This document shows positions 8,728 to 17,831 of a stretch of 32,000 nt of DNA, one piece after another (within the stretch, counting starts at the first letter, position 1; each line of letters starts with the position of its first letter). The notes below the pieces were generated by a model. It was not told where the DNA came from and did not search any database. It saw nothing but the letters and a program-made list of their open reading frames with translations. Source of the DNA: Synechocystis sp. PCC 6803 substr. PCC-P (GTDB lineage: Bacteria > Cyanobacteriota > Cyanobacteriia > Cyanobacteriales > Microcystaceae). Position numbers and translations under genes: made by a program. The DNA is taken from positions 1,890,001-1,922,000 of the forward strand of contig NC_017039.1 in assembly GCF_000284455.1 (NCBI RefSeq), given 5' to 3'.

Positions 8728-10176
8728 ATGTTTGATGCCTTAGCCGATCGCCTTGAAGATGCCTGGAAGAAGCTCCGGGGTCAGGACAAAATTAGTGAAA
8801 GCAATATTAAAGAGGCGCTTCAGGAAGTCAGGAGAGCCCTGTTGGCGGCGGACGTGAATCTCCAGGTGGTCAAGGGTTTCATCAAAGACGTAGAGCAAAA
8901 AGCCCTCGGTGCGGATGTGATCAGTGGGGTTAACCCAGGGCAACAGTTCATCAAAATTGTTTACGACGAACTGGTAAACCTGATGGGGGAAAGCAACGTG
9001 CCCCTAGCTCAAGCAGAGCAAGCTCCCACCGTCATTCTTATGGCCGGCTTGCAGGGGACCGGGAAAACCACCGCCACGGCCAAATTAGCCCTCTATCTCC
9101 GCAAACAAAAACGCAGTGCCCTGATGGTGGCCACGGACGTTTATCGCCCCGCCGCCATTGACCAACTAAAAACTCTGGGGCAACAGATTGATGTGCCTGT
9201 ATTTGACCTGGGCAGTGATGCCAACCCGGTGGAAATTGCCCGCCAAGGGGTGGAAAAAGCCAAGGAATTGGGAGTCGATACGGTCTTAATCGATACCGCC
9301 GGTCGTTTGCAGATTGATCCCCAAATGATGGCGGAGTTGGCCGAAATTAAACAGGTTGTTAAACCTGACGATACTCTACTGGTAGTAGATGCCATGACGG
9401 GGCAAGAGGCGGCCAATTTAACCCATACTTTCCACGAGCAAATTGGTATTACCGGAGCAATTCTTACCAAGTTAGATGGGGATACTAGGGGCGGTGCAGC
9501 CCTATCGGTGCGGCAAATTTCCGGCCAGCCGATCAAATTTGTCGGGGTGGGGGAAAAAGTGGAGGCCCTGCAACCTTTCTATCCCGATCGCCTAGCCAGT
9601 CGGATTTTAAACATGGGGGATGTGCTGACCCTGGTGGAAAAAGCCCAAGAGGCGATCGATGTCGGGGACGTGGAGAAGTTACAGAACAAGATTCTCGAAG
9701 CCACCTTCGATTTTGATGACTTCATTAAGCAAATGCGCTTTATGAAGAATATGGGTTCCCTAGGGGGTCTGCTGAAAATGATTCCCGGCATGAATAAGCT
9801 CAGCAGTGGCGACATCGAAAAAGGGGAAAAGGAACTCAAGCGCACCGAAGCCATGATTAGTTCCATGACCACGGAGGAAAGGAAGAATCCCGATTTATTA
9901 GCTAAATCCCCCAGTCGGCGTCGTCGCATAGCCCAAGGATCGGGTCATAGTGAAACCGATGTGTCTAAGCTAATCACCAATTTCACCAAGATGCGGACCA
10001 TGATGCAGCAAATGGGCATGGGAGGAATGCCTGGAGGTATGCCAGGGATGGGAGCAATGCCAGGCATGGGGGGAGGTATGTTTGGCGGTCAACCAGGCCC
10101 AGGTTTTCGAGGTTACAGAGGTGGTGGCGGTAAGCCGAAAAAGAAAAAGAAGAAAAAAGGTTTTGGCCAGCTTTAA
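8728..10176 (+). CDS. ffh: signal recognition particle protein Ffh (SRP54)
   Basis: 482-aa ORF with GLQGTGKTTT, DTAGR and TKLDGD GTPase motifs. It has a Met-rich M domain and a Gly/Met-rich tail ending KPKKKKKKKGFGQL. Confidence 0.97.
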   Translation: MFDALADRLEDAWKKLRGQDKISESNIKEALQEVRRALLAADVNLQVVKGFIKDVEQKALGADVISGVNPGQQFIKIVYDELVNLMGESNVPLAQAEQAPTVILMAGLQGTGKTTATAKLALYLRKQKRSALMVATDVYRPAAIDQLKTLGQQIDVPVFDLGSDANPVEIARQGVEKAKELGVDTVLIDTAGRLQIDPQMMAELAEIKQVVKPDDTLLVVDAMTGQEAANLTHTFHEQIGITGAILTKLDGDTRGGAALSVRQISGQPIKFVGVGEKVEALQPFYPDRLASRILNMGDVLTLVEKAQEAIDVGDVEKLQNKILEATFDFDDFIKQMRFMKNMGSLGGLLKMIPGMNKLSSGDIEKGEKELKRTEAMISSMTTEERKNPDLLAKSPSRRRRIAQGSGHSETDVSKLITNFTKMRTMMQQMGMGGMPGGMPGMGAMPGMGGGMFGGQPGPGFRGYRGGGGKPKKKKKKKGFGQL

Positions 10177-10386
10177 TGTGTTATTTGCCTAGTCTTATTC
10201 TGCTCCCTAAATTGACTACTTCATGGACAATGGGGAGCAAATTTTATCTTAACTTCTCTGTAAAATTAGGAGAGGTTAATAAGATTTGCTGAGCTTATCT
10301 GCAAATATTTTGTATTGTCTGAATCCGTTGTCAAAATCTTGATAAAAATGATTGATTTTAACTATTTTAGGCAAAATTTAGATTTA

Positions 10387-10410
10387 TAGTAGTTTCAAAT
10401 AAAGCTGAGA
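10387..10410. repeat. terminal inverted repeat of the IS element (the end downstream of the transposase gene)
   Basis: See the mobile_element entry; pairs with 11309-11332. Confidence 0.8.
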
Positions 10411-10412
10411 CG

Positions 10413-10907
10413 CTAAACGCCACAGTAAGAACGGATAATTTCATCAAGAGACGTGTCAATAGGAGCGTACATTCTAGCTCGTTTCAAGGCACTAAAGTCA
10501 TGCTCAATATCATTTAAATCAGGAGAATATTTCGGCAAAAAAAGAACTTCATGACCTGCTTCTTTAGCCAATTCTTTAATGGCAGTTTTACGATGAATAG
10601 GAGCATTATCCATTATTAATATTGATGGAATGTCGAGGGAGGGTAGCAAATATAATTTTAACCATCCTTCAAAGCCTTCTGCATTCAAACTCCCGGTAAA
10701 AACCATCGGCGCAATCAAATCTTTTTTTCCTTTTCTTCTCCCTGCTACTAGATTTTCTCTGACTCCCCTTTTTCCTTGTCTATCTCCATAAACTTTTTTT
10801 CCTTTTTTTGACCAGGCATAAATACAAGCCTGGATTGCTTCGAATCCAGATTCATCTATGTAAACTATAGCTTGACTACCATAGAGCTTAATTAGTTCTC
10901 TTAACAT
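10413..10907 (-). CDS. IS630-family transposase, C-terminal DDE catalytic part (orfB; its frame is open upstream to the A9 run)
   Basis: The track ORF contains VYIDESGF, LIMDNAPIH and SPDLNDIEHDF. By my count 35 residues separate the second D from the E. It lies in the -1 frame relative to orfA. Confidence 0.85.
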   Translation of the reverse strand: MLRELIKLYGSQAIVYIDESGFEAIQACIYAWSKKGKKVYGDRQGKRGVRENLVAGRRKGKKDLIAPMVFTGSLNAEGFEGWLKLYLLPSLDIPSILIMDNAPIHRKTAIKELAKEAGHEVLFLPKYSPDLNDIEHDFSALKRARMYAPIDTSLDEIIRSYCGV

Positions 10908-11260
10908 TCTATAGTACTTAACTCGTTCCTCCCGGTTTCTTTCTCGATAACGTAGTTCTTTTTTTTTCTGTTTATTTTCATTTTCTTTAATGCGTAATAT
11001 ACGGCACTCGGCCTCACTCCAAATTTCTTGGCTCTGTCTATCAATCTTGCATCGGGATTTTCTTCTACGTCTTTTTTTAGAGCTTCCCAGTCTAATTTCC
11101 TATGGCGACGCTCTACTTTTGTTGGGCTTAAATCTACTCTATTTAACCATCTGTATATCGAGGCTTTTCCTATTTTATATATCTTGGAAGCCTCAGTTAT
11201 TTTTCCTCCAGCTTCTATATAAGCTACTACCCTTTGCCTTAAATCTAAACTGTAAGCCAT
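10901..11260 (-). CDS. IS630-family transposase, N-terminal HTH part (orfA, 119 aa)
   Basis: The track ORF begins MAYSLDLRQRVVAYIEAGGKITEASKIYKIGKASIYRWL, a helix-turn-helix. It ends shortly after the A9 run. Confidence 0.85.
   Translation of the reverse strand: MAYSLDLRQRVVAYIEAGGKITEASKIYKIGKASIYRWLNRVDLSPTKVERRHRKLDWEALKKDVEENPDARLIDRAKKFGVRPSAVYYALKKMKINRKKKNYVIEKETGRNELSTIEC
10958..10964 (-). other. candidate -1 frameshift / slippage site A-AAA-AAG inside an A9 run (run = 10959-10967)
   Basis: On the minus strand orfA reads AGA AAA AAA AAG AAC. Slipping back one base gives ...KKK ELRYRERNREERVKYYR MLRELI..., which joins orfA to orfB as a 282-aa protein (101 + 17 + 164 aa by my count). 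Confidence 0.55.
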
Positions 11261-11308
11261 TGTTTAAACCTGTTCATTTTGTACACTCCATAATTTTACA
11301 TTAAATTC

Positions 11309-11332
11309 TCTCATCGTTAATTGAAATGACTA
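11309..11332. repeat. terminal inverted repeat of the IS element (the end upstream of the transposase gene)
   Basis: See the mobile_element entry; pairs with 10387-10410. Confidence 0.8.
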
Positions 11333-11464
11333 TAAAAATCAAACTTGCAGAGCTTTATAAACGAGTTGATTTTTCCAAATAACCAAGGCAACAATGCTCC
11401 CCAACAGTGCAACATCAAGCCATGGGAAGCAATGCCCAAATGCCATTAGTTAGCCGGGGAAACC

Positions 11465-12952
11465 TTAAGCTTGGGCCAGGAGTTTACCAATTAATTGATT
11501 AGTCAACTTTGGATCTGCCTTGCCGCCAGTACGTTTCATGACTTGACCGACAAAGAAACCCTGCATATTGCCCTTACCACTGCGGAATTTTTCCAACTCC
11601 TTGGGATGGTCAGCAATGACAGCTTGGATGATGGCAGTCAACTCGTCGGGGTCAGAAATTTGCACCAAGCCCCTAGCTTCAATAATTTTCTGGGGAGAGC
11701 CACCTTTTTCCAGCAACTCCGGCAGAATATCTTTGGCAATTTTGCCGCTAATGGTGCCTTTGGTAATTAGATCAATTAACTCCGCCAGGGCCGACGGTTT
11801 CAGGGCCAGCCCGCTGATGGTCAAACGGTTGTTGTTGAGGTAGGCGGCAATGTCCTGGGTAACCCAATTGGCCACTGCTTTCGGGTCAGCTCCGGCATTC
11901 ACCGCTTCCTCAAAATAGAGCGCCACATCCCGGTCTTCGGTCAATACCCGGGCATCATAGGCAGATAAACCCAGTTTCTGTTCATAGCGGGCCCGTTTGG
12001 CACTGGGGAGTTCCGGCAAGGTTGCAAACCAAGTTTGTTTCTGTTGCTCGGACACTTCTAAGGGGGGCAAGTCCGGTTCAGGAAAATAGCGATAATCGCT
12101 GGAGCCTTCCTTTTTTCGCATGCTGATGGTGCGCTGACTGCCTTCCTCCCAGAGGCGGGTTTCTTGGTAAATCTCCTCCCCGTCGGCGATGGCCTTAATT
12201 TGCCTTTCAATCTCATACTCGATCGCCTTTTGGATGGCGCTAAAGGAGTTCATGTTTTTGATCTCCACCTTGGTGCCAAATTCCTTTTGCCCCACCGGAC
12301 GCACAGAAATATTTACATCACAACGGAGGGAACCTTCTTGCATATTGCCGTCGCTAATGCCTAGGTAACGCACCAGTTGGCGTAAAGACTGGGCATACTC
12401 CGCCGCTTCCTGCCCCGTGCGTAAATCCGGCTCCGAAACAATTTCTAGTAAAGGTACCCCAGTGCGATTGAAATCCACCAGGGAATGGGTTGACCCCGCC
12501 AGGCGATCGCTCCCCGCATGGACTAATTTGCCCGCATCTTCCTCCATATGTAAACGAGTGATGCCAATGGTTTTGCGGGTAATCTCTTTAGTTTTTTTAT
12601 CCACCAACTCAATTTCCAAGGAGCCATGCTCCACAATGGGCAAATCAAACTGGGAAATTTGATAGTTCTTAGGTAAATCCGGATAAAAATACTGCTTGCG
12701 GTCAAACTTACTGTAGGGGGCAATCTGGCCATTGATGGCTAAGCCAAGTTTAACCGCCGCCGCCAACACTTCTTCATTGAGCACTGGCAGAACCCCCGGA
12801 TAACCCAAACACACCGGACAGACATTGGTGTTGGGGGGACTGTCAAAATCAGTGGAGCAATTACAAAAAATCTTACTAGCTGTGTTGAGCTGACAGTGGG
12901 TTTCTAGCCCAATAATCGCTTCGTAATCGGTTTTAACAGCAGTGGCAGTCAT
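11465..12952 (-). CDS. gatB: Asp-tRNA(Asn)/Glu-tRNA(Gln) amidotransferase subunit B (track ORF extends to 13024)
   Basis: From the ATG at 12952 the protein reads MTATAVKTDYEAIIGLETHCQLNT, the canonical GatB N-terminus. Further matches are CPVCLGYPGVLPVLN, RKQYFYPDLPK, EEDAGK and a YqeY-like C-terminus. Confidence 0.95.
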   Translation of the reverse strand: MTATAVKTDYEAIIGLETHCQLNTASKIFCNCSTDFDSPPNTNVCPVCLGYPGVLPVLNEEVLAAAVKLGLAINGQIAPYSKFDRKQYFYPDLPKNYQISQFDLPIVEHGSLEIELVDKKTKEITRKTIGITRLHMEEDAGKLVHAGSDRLAGSTHSLVDFNRTGVPLLEIVSEPDLRTGQEAAEYAQSLRQLVRYLGISDGNMQEGSLRCDVNISVRPVGQKEFGTKVEIKNMNSFSAIQKAIEYEIERQIKAIADGEEIYQETRLWEEGSQRTISMRKKEGSSDYRYFPEPDLPPLEVSEQQKQTWFATLPELPSAKRARYEQKLGLSAYDARVLTEDRDVALYFEEAVNAGADPKAVANWVTQDIAAYLNNNRLTISGLALKPSALAELIDLITKGTISGKIAKDILPELLEKGGSPQKIIEARGLVQISDPDELTAIIQAVIADHPKELEKFRSGKGNMQGFFVGQVMKRTGGKADPKLTNQLIGKLLAQA

Positions 12953-13052
12953 GAATTTCCGGCAGATTGGCTTCCTCCCATTCTGCCATACTCCCGCCGT
13001 CCAACGGGCACTTTTCTCCCTCACTAACCCCCAGCGGCGATCGGATCAAAGC

Positions 13053-15005
13053 CTAGGATTTTTGCTGTTTTTCCGGCTTGGGACGGGGGAATTGGGAAGG
13101 AGAGGGGAAGTTTTCCACTGGCATATTTTTGATGGCCTGACTCATAAAAGAGCGCCAAATGGGAGCGGCATAACCCCCTCCTGAAATCCCCTTACCCAGA
13201 GAACGGTTAGCATCATCTCCAATCCAGACGGCGGTGGCCAATTGGGGCACATAACCCACAAACCAAACGTTGCGCTCATTGTCTGTGGTGCCAGTTTTGC
13301 CAGCAGTGGGACGCCCTAGGTAGGCCGATTTACCTGTCCCTCCCTGGACAACGGAAGTGAGCACTGAAGAAGTACTAGCCGCAGCCCAGGGATCTAACAC
13401 TTGTTGGGGCTTGGGAGTATTGTCTAGCAGGACATCTCCCCGCACATTGGTAACCCGCAAAATTGCGGTGGGCTCAGAATACCAGCCATTGCTAGCTAGG
13501 GTGGCATAACCTACGGCCATATCCAATGGAGTCACATCCACCGACCCCAGGGGCAAGGAAAGAACAGATTGCAATGGTGTTTTAATGCCCATCTGCTTAG
13601 CATCCTCAATCACCTTATTAAGGCCAACACGACTACCAATCAACACCGCTGGAATATTGGCAGAACTGGCCACTGCCTGGCGAATGGACATAGAGCCGGA
13701 AAAACCGCCGCCATAGTTTTTGGGAGAATAGAAACCTGCTCCGTCTCTCAAACTGATGGGACGGTCTTCAATGGAGGAATCGGGGGTGTATTTTCCACTG
13801 GCAAAGGCACTGTAATAAACAAAGGGTTTAAAGGCCGAACCCGGCTGACGACGGGAAATGGTGACCCGATTAAGTTGGCTTTTGTTGTAGTCCACTCCCC
13901 CGGCCATGGCTTTGATGAAATGGGTTTCCGGCTCCACCGCCACTAGGGCAATCTGTAAATCCTTTGCCCTTCCCATGCGTCCCCGCAAACCGCTATAGGC
14001 GGACTTGACAGTTTTTTCCGCCAGCTTTTGGGTGTCGTAGTCAACGGTACTTTGTACTCTCAAACCGCCCTGGGCCAAGGCTTCTTTCCCGAATCTAGTT
14101 TCCAGTTCAGCAATAACTGCATCGGTAACGTAGGGCAATTTGCTGTTTTGCCAAGCAGTGGGTTGACCCAACTTGTTCTGGAGGGGTTCTTTTTTTGCTG
14201 CCTCGGCCTCGGCAGGGGTAATCCAACCAATACTGACCATGCGGTCTAGTACGACTTCCTGGCGTTCCTTAGCCGCAGTAAAGTTGTTGAAAGGGCTATA
14301 GGCCTCCGGGGCTTGGATCATGCCAGCCAACATAGCCGATTCGGCCAAATCTAGATCAGCAGCGGATTTTTTAAAGTAGCTCTCAGCCGCCGTTTGGATA
14401 CCGTAGTTATTATGGCCCCAGTAGATATAGTTGAGGTACATGTCCAAAATTTGGTCTTTGTCGAATACCTGTTCGACTCTAATCGCCAAAACCGCTTCGG
14501 CCAATTTGCGGGTAAAAACTCTTTTTTGGCTCAGATAAATATTTTTTACCAACTGCATGCTAAGGGTAGAAGCCCCTTCGCTTACTCCACCACTTTTAAA
14601 GTTGACTAACAGGGCCCGCCCAATGCTGTTGGGGTTGATGCCTTGGTGTTTATAAAAATTGCTGTCTTCGATCGCCAGTACGGCACGTTTTAGGTTGGGA
14701 GAAATTTCCGCCAGGGGCACAATTTTGCGATGTTCTTCCCCGTGGAGGCTGAGCAATTCCCGTCCTTTGGCATCGTAGATATAACTGGTTTGGGCGGGCA
14801 CGTAGGAAGTTAGACCCCGCACATCGGGTAGATTACGAAAACTAAAGGCCAAGCCAGCCACCCCTCCTGCCACCACAGCGGTAGAAACTAGACCCACCCC
14901 CAGAAAAGTGGTGCCGGTGGTGCACAATACCCGCTGGAAAAAATTAGGCTGGGCTTTGGCTTTGACCTTGGTGGAAGACGGTTTTAGGGTGCTAGTGGAT
15001 GACAC
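13053..15005 (-). CDS. class A (bifunctional transglycosylase/transpeptidase) penicillin-binding protein
   Basis: 650-aa ORF with a GTG start and an N-terminal TM helix. The GT51 motifs are AIEDSNFYKHQGIN and GASTLSMQLVKN. The transpeptidase motifs are SAFK and KTGTT. Confidence 0.93.
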   Translation of the reverse strand: MSSTSTLKPSSTKVKAKAQPNFFQRVLCTTGTTFLGVGLVSTAVVAGGVAGLAFSFRNLPDVRGLTSYVPAQTSYIYDAKGRELLSLHGEEHRKIVPLAEISPNLKRAVLAIEDSNFYKHQGINPNSIGRALLVNFKSGGVSEGASTLSMQLVKNIYLSQKRVFTRKLAEAVLAIRVEQVFDKDQILDMYLNYIYWGHNNYGIQTAAESYFKKSAADLDLAESAMLAGMIQAPEAYSPFNNFTAAKERQEVVLDRMVSIGWITPAEAEAAKKEPLQNKLGQPTAWQNSKLPYVTDAVIAELETRFGKEALAQGGLRVQSTVDYDTQKLAEKTVKSAYSGLRGRMGRAKDLQIALVAVEPETHFIKAMAGGVDYNKSQLNRVTISRRQPGSAFKPFVYYSAFASGKYTPDSSIEDRPISLRDGAGFYSPKNYGGGFSGSMSIRQAVASSANIPAVLIGSRVGLNKVIEDAKQMGIKTPLQSVLSLPLGSVDVTPLDMAVGYATLASNGWYSEPTAILRVTNVRGDVLLDNTPKPQQVLDPWAAASTSSVLTSVVQGGTGKSAYLGRPTAGKTGTTDNERNVWFVGYVPQLATAVWIGDDANRSLGKGISGGGYAAPIWRSFMSQAIKNMPVENFPSPSQFPRPKPEKQQKS

Positions 15006-15197
15006 GGTGTAAGAACTTCCTCACGCCAGGAAATGGAATTTGTAACCTTGCAGACTCAGATGATTAAAATTAGCTACTCCCCAGGAACAATTTTCCCCGG
15101 AATTAATCTTAGTTTAGCTTACCGACATTCGCCCAGAAGTCAACTGAACTAGGCTAACCCAGTCCCAAGCTCGCTTAGAGGGGATTTTTTGCCAAAA

Positions 15198-16772
15198 TCA
15201 ACTTGAATGGGACAAATTAGCGGGCCAGTTAGCGACATTGGGACCAAGCCACTGGCGACAGGCCGGAATTAAATACTCTGCTAAATGTTGGGCGTCTACC
15301 CCCAGAATTGTTCTTTGTTGAGACGCTAAAATACCGGCTTGGGCATGCCACCAGGCTGCTGTTGCCACCCTTTGGGCAAGGTCAAATTTTTCTGGCTGGG
15401 CCAAGATACCCCCCATTAATCCCGTGAGGACATCCCCACTGCCTCCTCGGGCTAGGGCTGGAGTACTATCTTTGATTGCCCAGGTGGGGCCCGTTGGACT
15501 AGCAATGACCGTTTTAGCCCCTTTGAGCAGCACTGTGGCCTGACACATGGCCGCCGCTGTTTGCACTGCAGTGAGGCGATCGCCTTGGTCAATGTCGGGA
15601 AAAAGTCTTTTAAATTCACCTCCATGGGGAGTTAACACGGTGGGGGCTGTCCGTACTGCCAATAGGGGTAGTAATTGTTGCTGAGCCAATTGGTTGAGAC
15701 CATCGGCATCCAAAATCAGGGGACAATTAACCGACAAAACTTCTTCCACCAGGGGGCCCACGTCCGAGCCTAACCCTGGTCCAAGGGCCACAGCACTGTA
15801 ACGGGATAGGTCCAAATTGCCCAAACCGGCGATCGCCCCGGAGGGAGTTTCCAAAAGACCTTTCACCAAAACTTCGGGACATTGACTGTGGAGCAAGGCC
15901 TTAATCCCCATGGGCACCGCCACTGTCACCATCCCCACCCCACTGGCCCTGGCCCCCAGAGTGGTTAGCAACGCTCCCCCGGCATACTGTTGAGAACCGC
16001 AGATCAGTAATAGGTGGCCCTGTTGATACTTGTGGGTCACTAACGGGCGACTGAGGGGCAATGTTTGTTGAGCTTGGTCAGCTCCAAGGACTTGCACTGG
16101 CCAAACTTCTCCTAAAACATTGGCGATCGCCTGGGGGGGTAAGCCGATGCCCAATAACTCCGTCTGACCTAGGTGGGCCAAAGCCCTGTCCTGAAAGTAA
16201 GCTCGTTTCCAAAGACCAAGACAAAAACTCCGGTCTGCCTCCACTGCTACACCTAAAATTTCCCCCGTATCTGTCTCAATACCTGAAGGTAGATCGATAC
16301 TGACCACGGGGATAGGTAGATTGTTGATAGTTGTGATTAGGTCGGCGATTGCTCCGGTGATAAGTCTAGTTAAACCAACGCCGAACAAGGCATCAATAAT
16401 CAGATCGCAATGGGCCAAAGCCTGGACCCCATCCACCCAAGGGATGCCCAAACTTTTGCCGTAGTCAACGTGGTTTTGGGTCAGGGGTTTTAACTTGTCC
16501 AAGGGCTGTAAAACCTGAACCTGGTAGCCCTGGAGCTTTAGTTCCCTCGCCACCACTAAACCATCGCCACCGTTATGGCCCGGGCCCACCACCACCCCGA
16601 TGCGGGGATATGTGCTGAGGGGATAGAGCGTTAGCAATCTCTGGGCGGTCTGTAGAGCCGCTTTTTCCATCAAGGCCGCCACTGGCATACCCTGGGTGAA
16701 TAGCCAATTTTCAATCTCCTGCATTTGGGCCGCACTGACCACTGCCCGGAACCATGGAGACGTCACTGCCAT
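15198..16772 (-). CDS. nnr: bifunctional NAD(P)H-hydrate repair enzyme (epimerase / ADP-dependent dehydratase)
   Basis: 524-aa ORF. The YjeF_N motif is GPGHNGGDGLVVAR. The C-terminal carbohydrate-kinase motif is GGSGDVLTGLMGG. Confidence 0.88.
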   Translation of the reverse strand: MAVTSPWFRAVVSAAQMQEIENWLFTQGMPVAALMEKAALQTAQRLLTLYPLSTYPRIGVVVGPGHNGGDGLVVARELKLQGYQVQVLQPLDKLKPLTQNHVDYGKSLGIPWVDGVQALAHCDLIIDALFGVGLTRLITGAIADLITTINNLPIPVVSIDLPSGIETDTGEILGVAVEADRSFCLGLWKRAYFQDRALAHLGQTELLGIGLPPQAIANVLGEVWPVQVLGADQAQQTLPLSRPLVTHKYQQGHLLLICGSQQYAGGALLTTLGARASGVGMVTVAVPMGIKALLHSQCPEVLVKGLLETPSGAIAGLGNLDLSRYSAVALGPGLGSDVGPLVEEVLSVNCPLILDADGLNQLAQQQLLPLLAVRTAPTVLTPHGGEFKRLFPDIDQGDRLTAVQTAAAMCQATVLLKGAKTVIASPTGPTWAIKDSTPALARGGSGDVLTGLMGGILAQPEKFDLAQRVATAAWWHAQAGILASQQRTILGVDAQHLAEYLIPACRQWLGPNVANWPANLSHSS

Positions 16773-16791
16773 AATCTTTTTCCTTCAACTC

Positions 16792-17649
16792 TTAGGCCAA
16801 TGCTGGATCAACCAACGGCGAATAGTGTTGGAGTTGCCATTGATCCAAATACTCATACCAGGACTGCAATCCTTTCCCCGTGCGGGCAGACACTGCAAAA
16901 ATTTGGGCTTGGGGGGCCACTTGCCGTAGGTTTTGCCAAGCCAGCTCTGCATCAAAATCCACTGCGGCGGCAATGTCCTGTTTGGTGACTAAAATAACCT
17001 GGGCTGATTTGAAGGTGGCGGGATATTTAAGGGGTTTATCCTCCCCTTCTGTGACGGAAAATAATACGACCCGTAAATCTTCCCCTAGATCATAGGTGGT
17101 GGGGCAAACCAAATTACCAACATTTTCAATGATCAATTGATCGATATTGTCTAAATCTAACTTTTGGGCCGCCTTGGCCACCATTTCCGCTTCCAGATGG
17201 CAAATATTTCCTGTGGTGACCTGAATGGCGATCGCCCCGGCACTGCGGAGACGTTGGGCATCGTTATCGGTGGCTAAATCCCCCACAATGACGGCGGTGG
17301 GATGGTCTTTTTGTCGATCGCCGACCATTTTTTCGATCAGAGCAGTTTTACCGGCTCCGGGAGAAGAGAGGAAATTCATCACCAGTAAGCCCTTAGCCTG
17401 GAAATAGCCCCGATTCCTTTCCGCTAGGCGGTCATTCTTGCTGAGAATGCCTTGGCCAATGGCAATGGACTGGCGATCGGGTTCAATGGTCACAGTCTGC
17501 TGACTTGGACTTTTGCTGTAGTTGCCATGGTGGTGATGATGTTCTTGCTGGTCATGGTCATCATGGCTGTGGGCAAAATTTCCATCGCCATGGTGATGGT
17601 GGCTATGGGCAACGGTTCCCACCGCACTACAACCGCAGTTTTGGCACAT
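16792..17649 (-). CDS. hypB: hydrogenase nickel-incorporation GTPase HypB
   Basis: 285-aa ORF. It has N-terminal MCQNCGCS, the His-rich tract [28 protein letters not shown], the P-loop GSPGAGKT and the ENVGNLVCP motif. GGGGGAAGG lies just upstream of the ATG. Confidence 0.95.
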
Positions 17650-17831
17650 AATAACCTTCCCCCTCGGGCGGAAATATTAATGTTATGACCCCATGGTAAG
17701 AGAGGATGCTTGAAAGAGGTTCTACTTTAATTGCCATTTGGCACAGTAATCTGGAATTGATGGTGGAGACCCAGGTTTGTCTTTTCTGGCTCCATTGATT
17801 AAATATCCAATTTCCCAGCCCCATTTTTGTA

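Larger units (their letters stand above)
10387..11332 (-). mobile_element. ISY100-like insertion sequence (IS630 / Tc1-mariner superfamily), 946 bp, flanked by TA/TA
   Basis: Imperfect 24-bp terminal inverted repeats match at 19 of 24 positions. They are TAGTAGTTTCAAATAAAGCTGAGA at 10387-10410 and the reverse complement of 11309-11332, TAGTCATTTCAATTAACGATGAGA. TA dinucleotides sit at 10385-10386 and 11333-11334. The element encodes HTH and DDE transposase halves and contains no HIP1 site. Confidence 0.9.

Noticed and set aside
9141-9929. Minus-strand ORFs of 131 aa and 116 aa
   Set aside because: They are antisense to the ffh GTPase and M domains. I see no start context and no recognisable motifs.
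10126-10160. A-rich lysine-coding tract at the ffh 3' end as a possible slippage site
   Set aside because: No alternative-frame ORF continues beyond it, and the in-frame stop follows within a few codons. This differs from the IS element, where the -1 frame carries the DDE domain.
10177-10384. AT-rich ffh-IS spacer with an SD-like AGGAG followed by a TTG 17-codon ORF, and a GGGAGCA/TGCTCCC inverted repeat
   Set aside because: The ORF is too short and its start too weak to support. The inverted repeat has a loop of about 36 nt and no U-tract, so I do not call a terminator.
12953-13024. 24-codon N-terminal extension of gatB (MREKSARWTAGVWQNGRKPICRKF)
   Set aside because: The canonical GatB N-terminus begins at the ATG at 12952. 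The extension has no counterpart in GatB proteins and would leave only 28 nt after the upstream PBP gene.
13569-14609. Plus-strand ORFs of 125, 73 and 71 aa
   Set aside because: They are antisense to the penicillin-binding protein gene and show no motifs or start signals.
17470-17640. CAT/CAC-rich repetitive DNA and the 78-aa plus-strand ORF at 17452-17688
   Set aside because: The repetition is the coding sequence of the HypB His-rich nickel-binding tract. It is not a microsatellite or a CRISPR-like array, and the plus-strand ORF is its antisense shadow.
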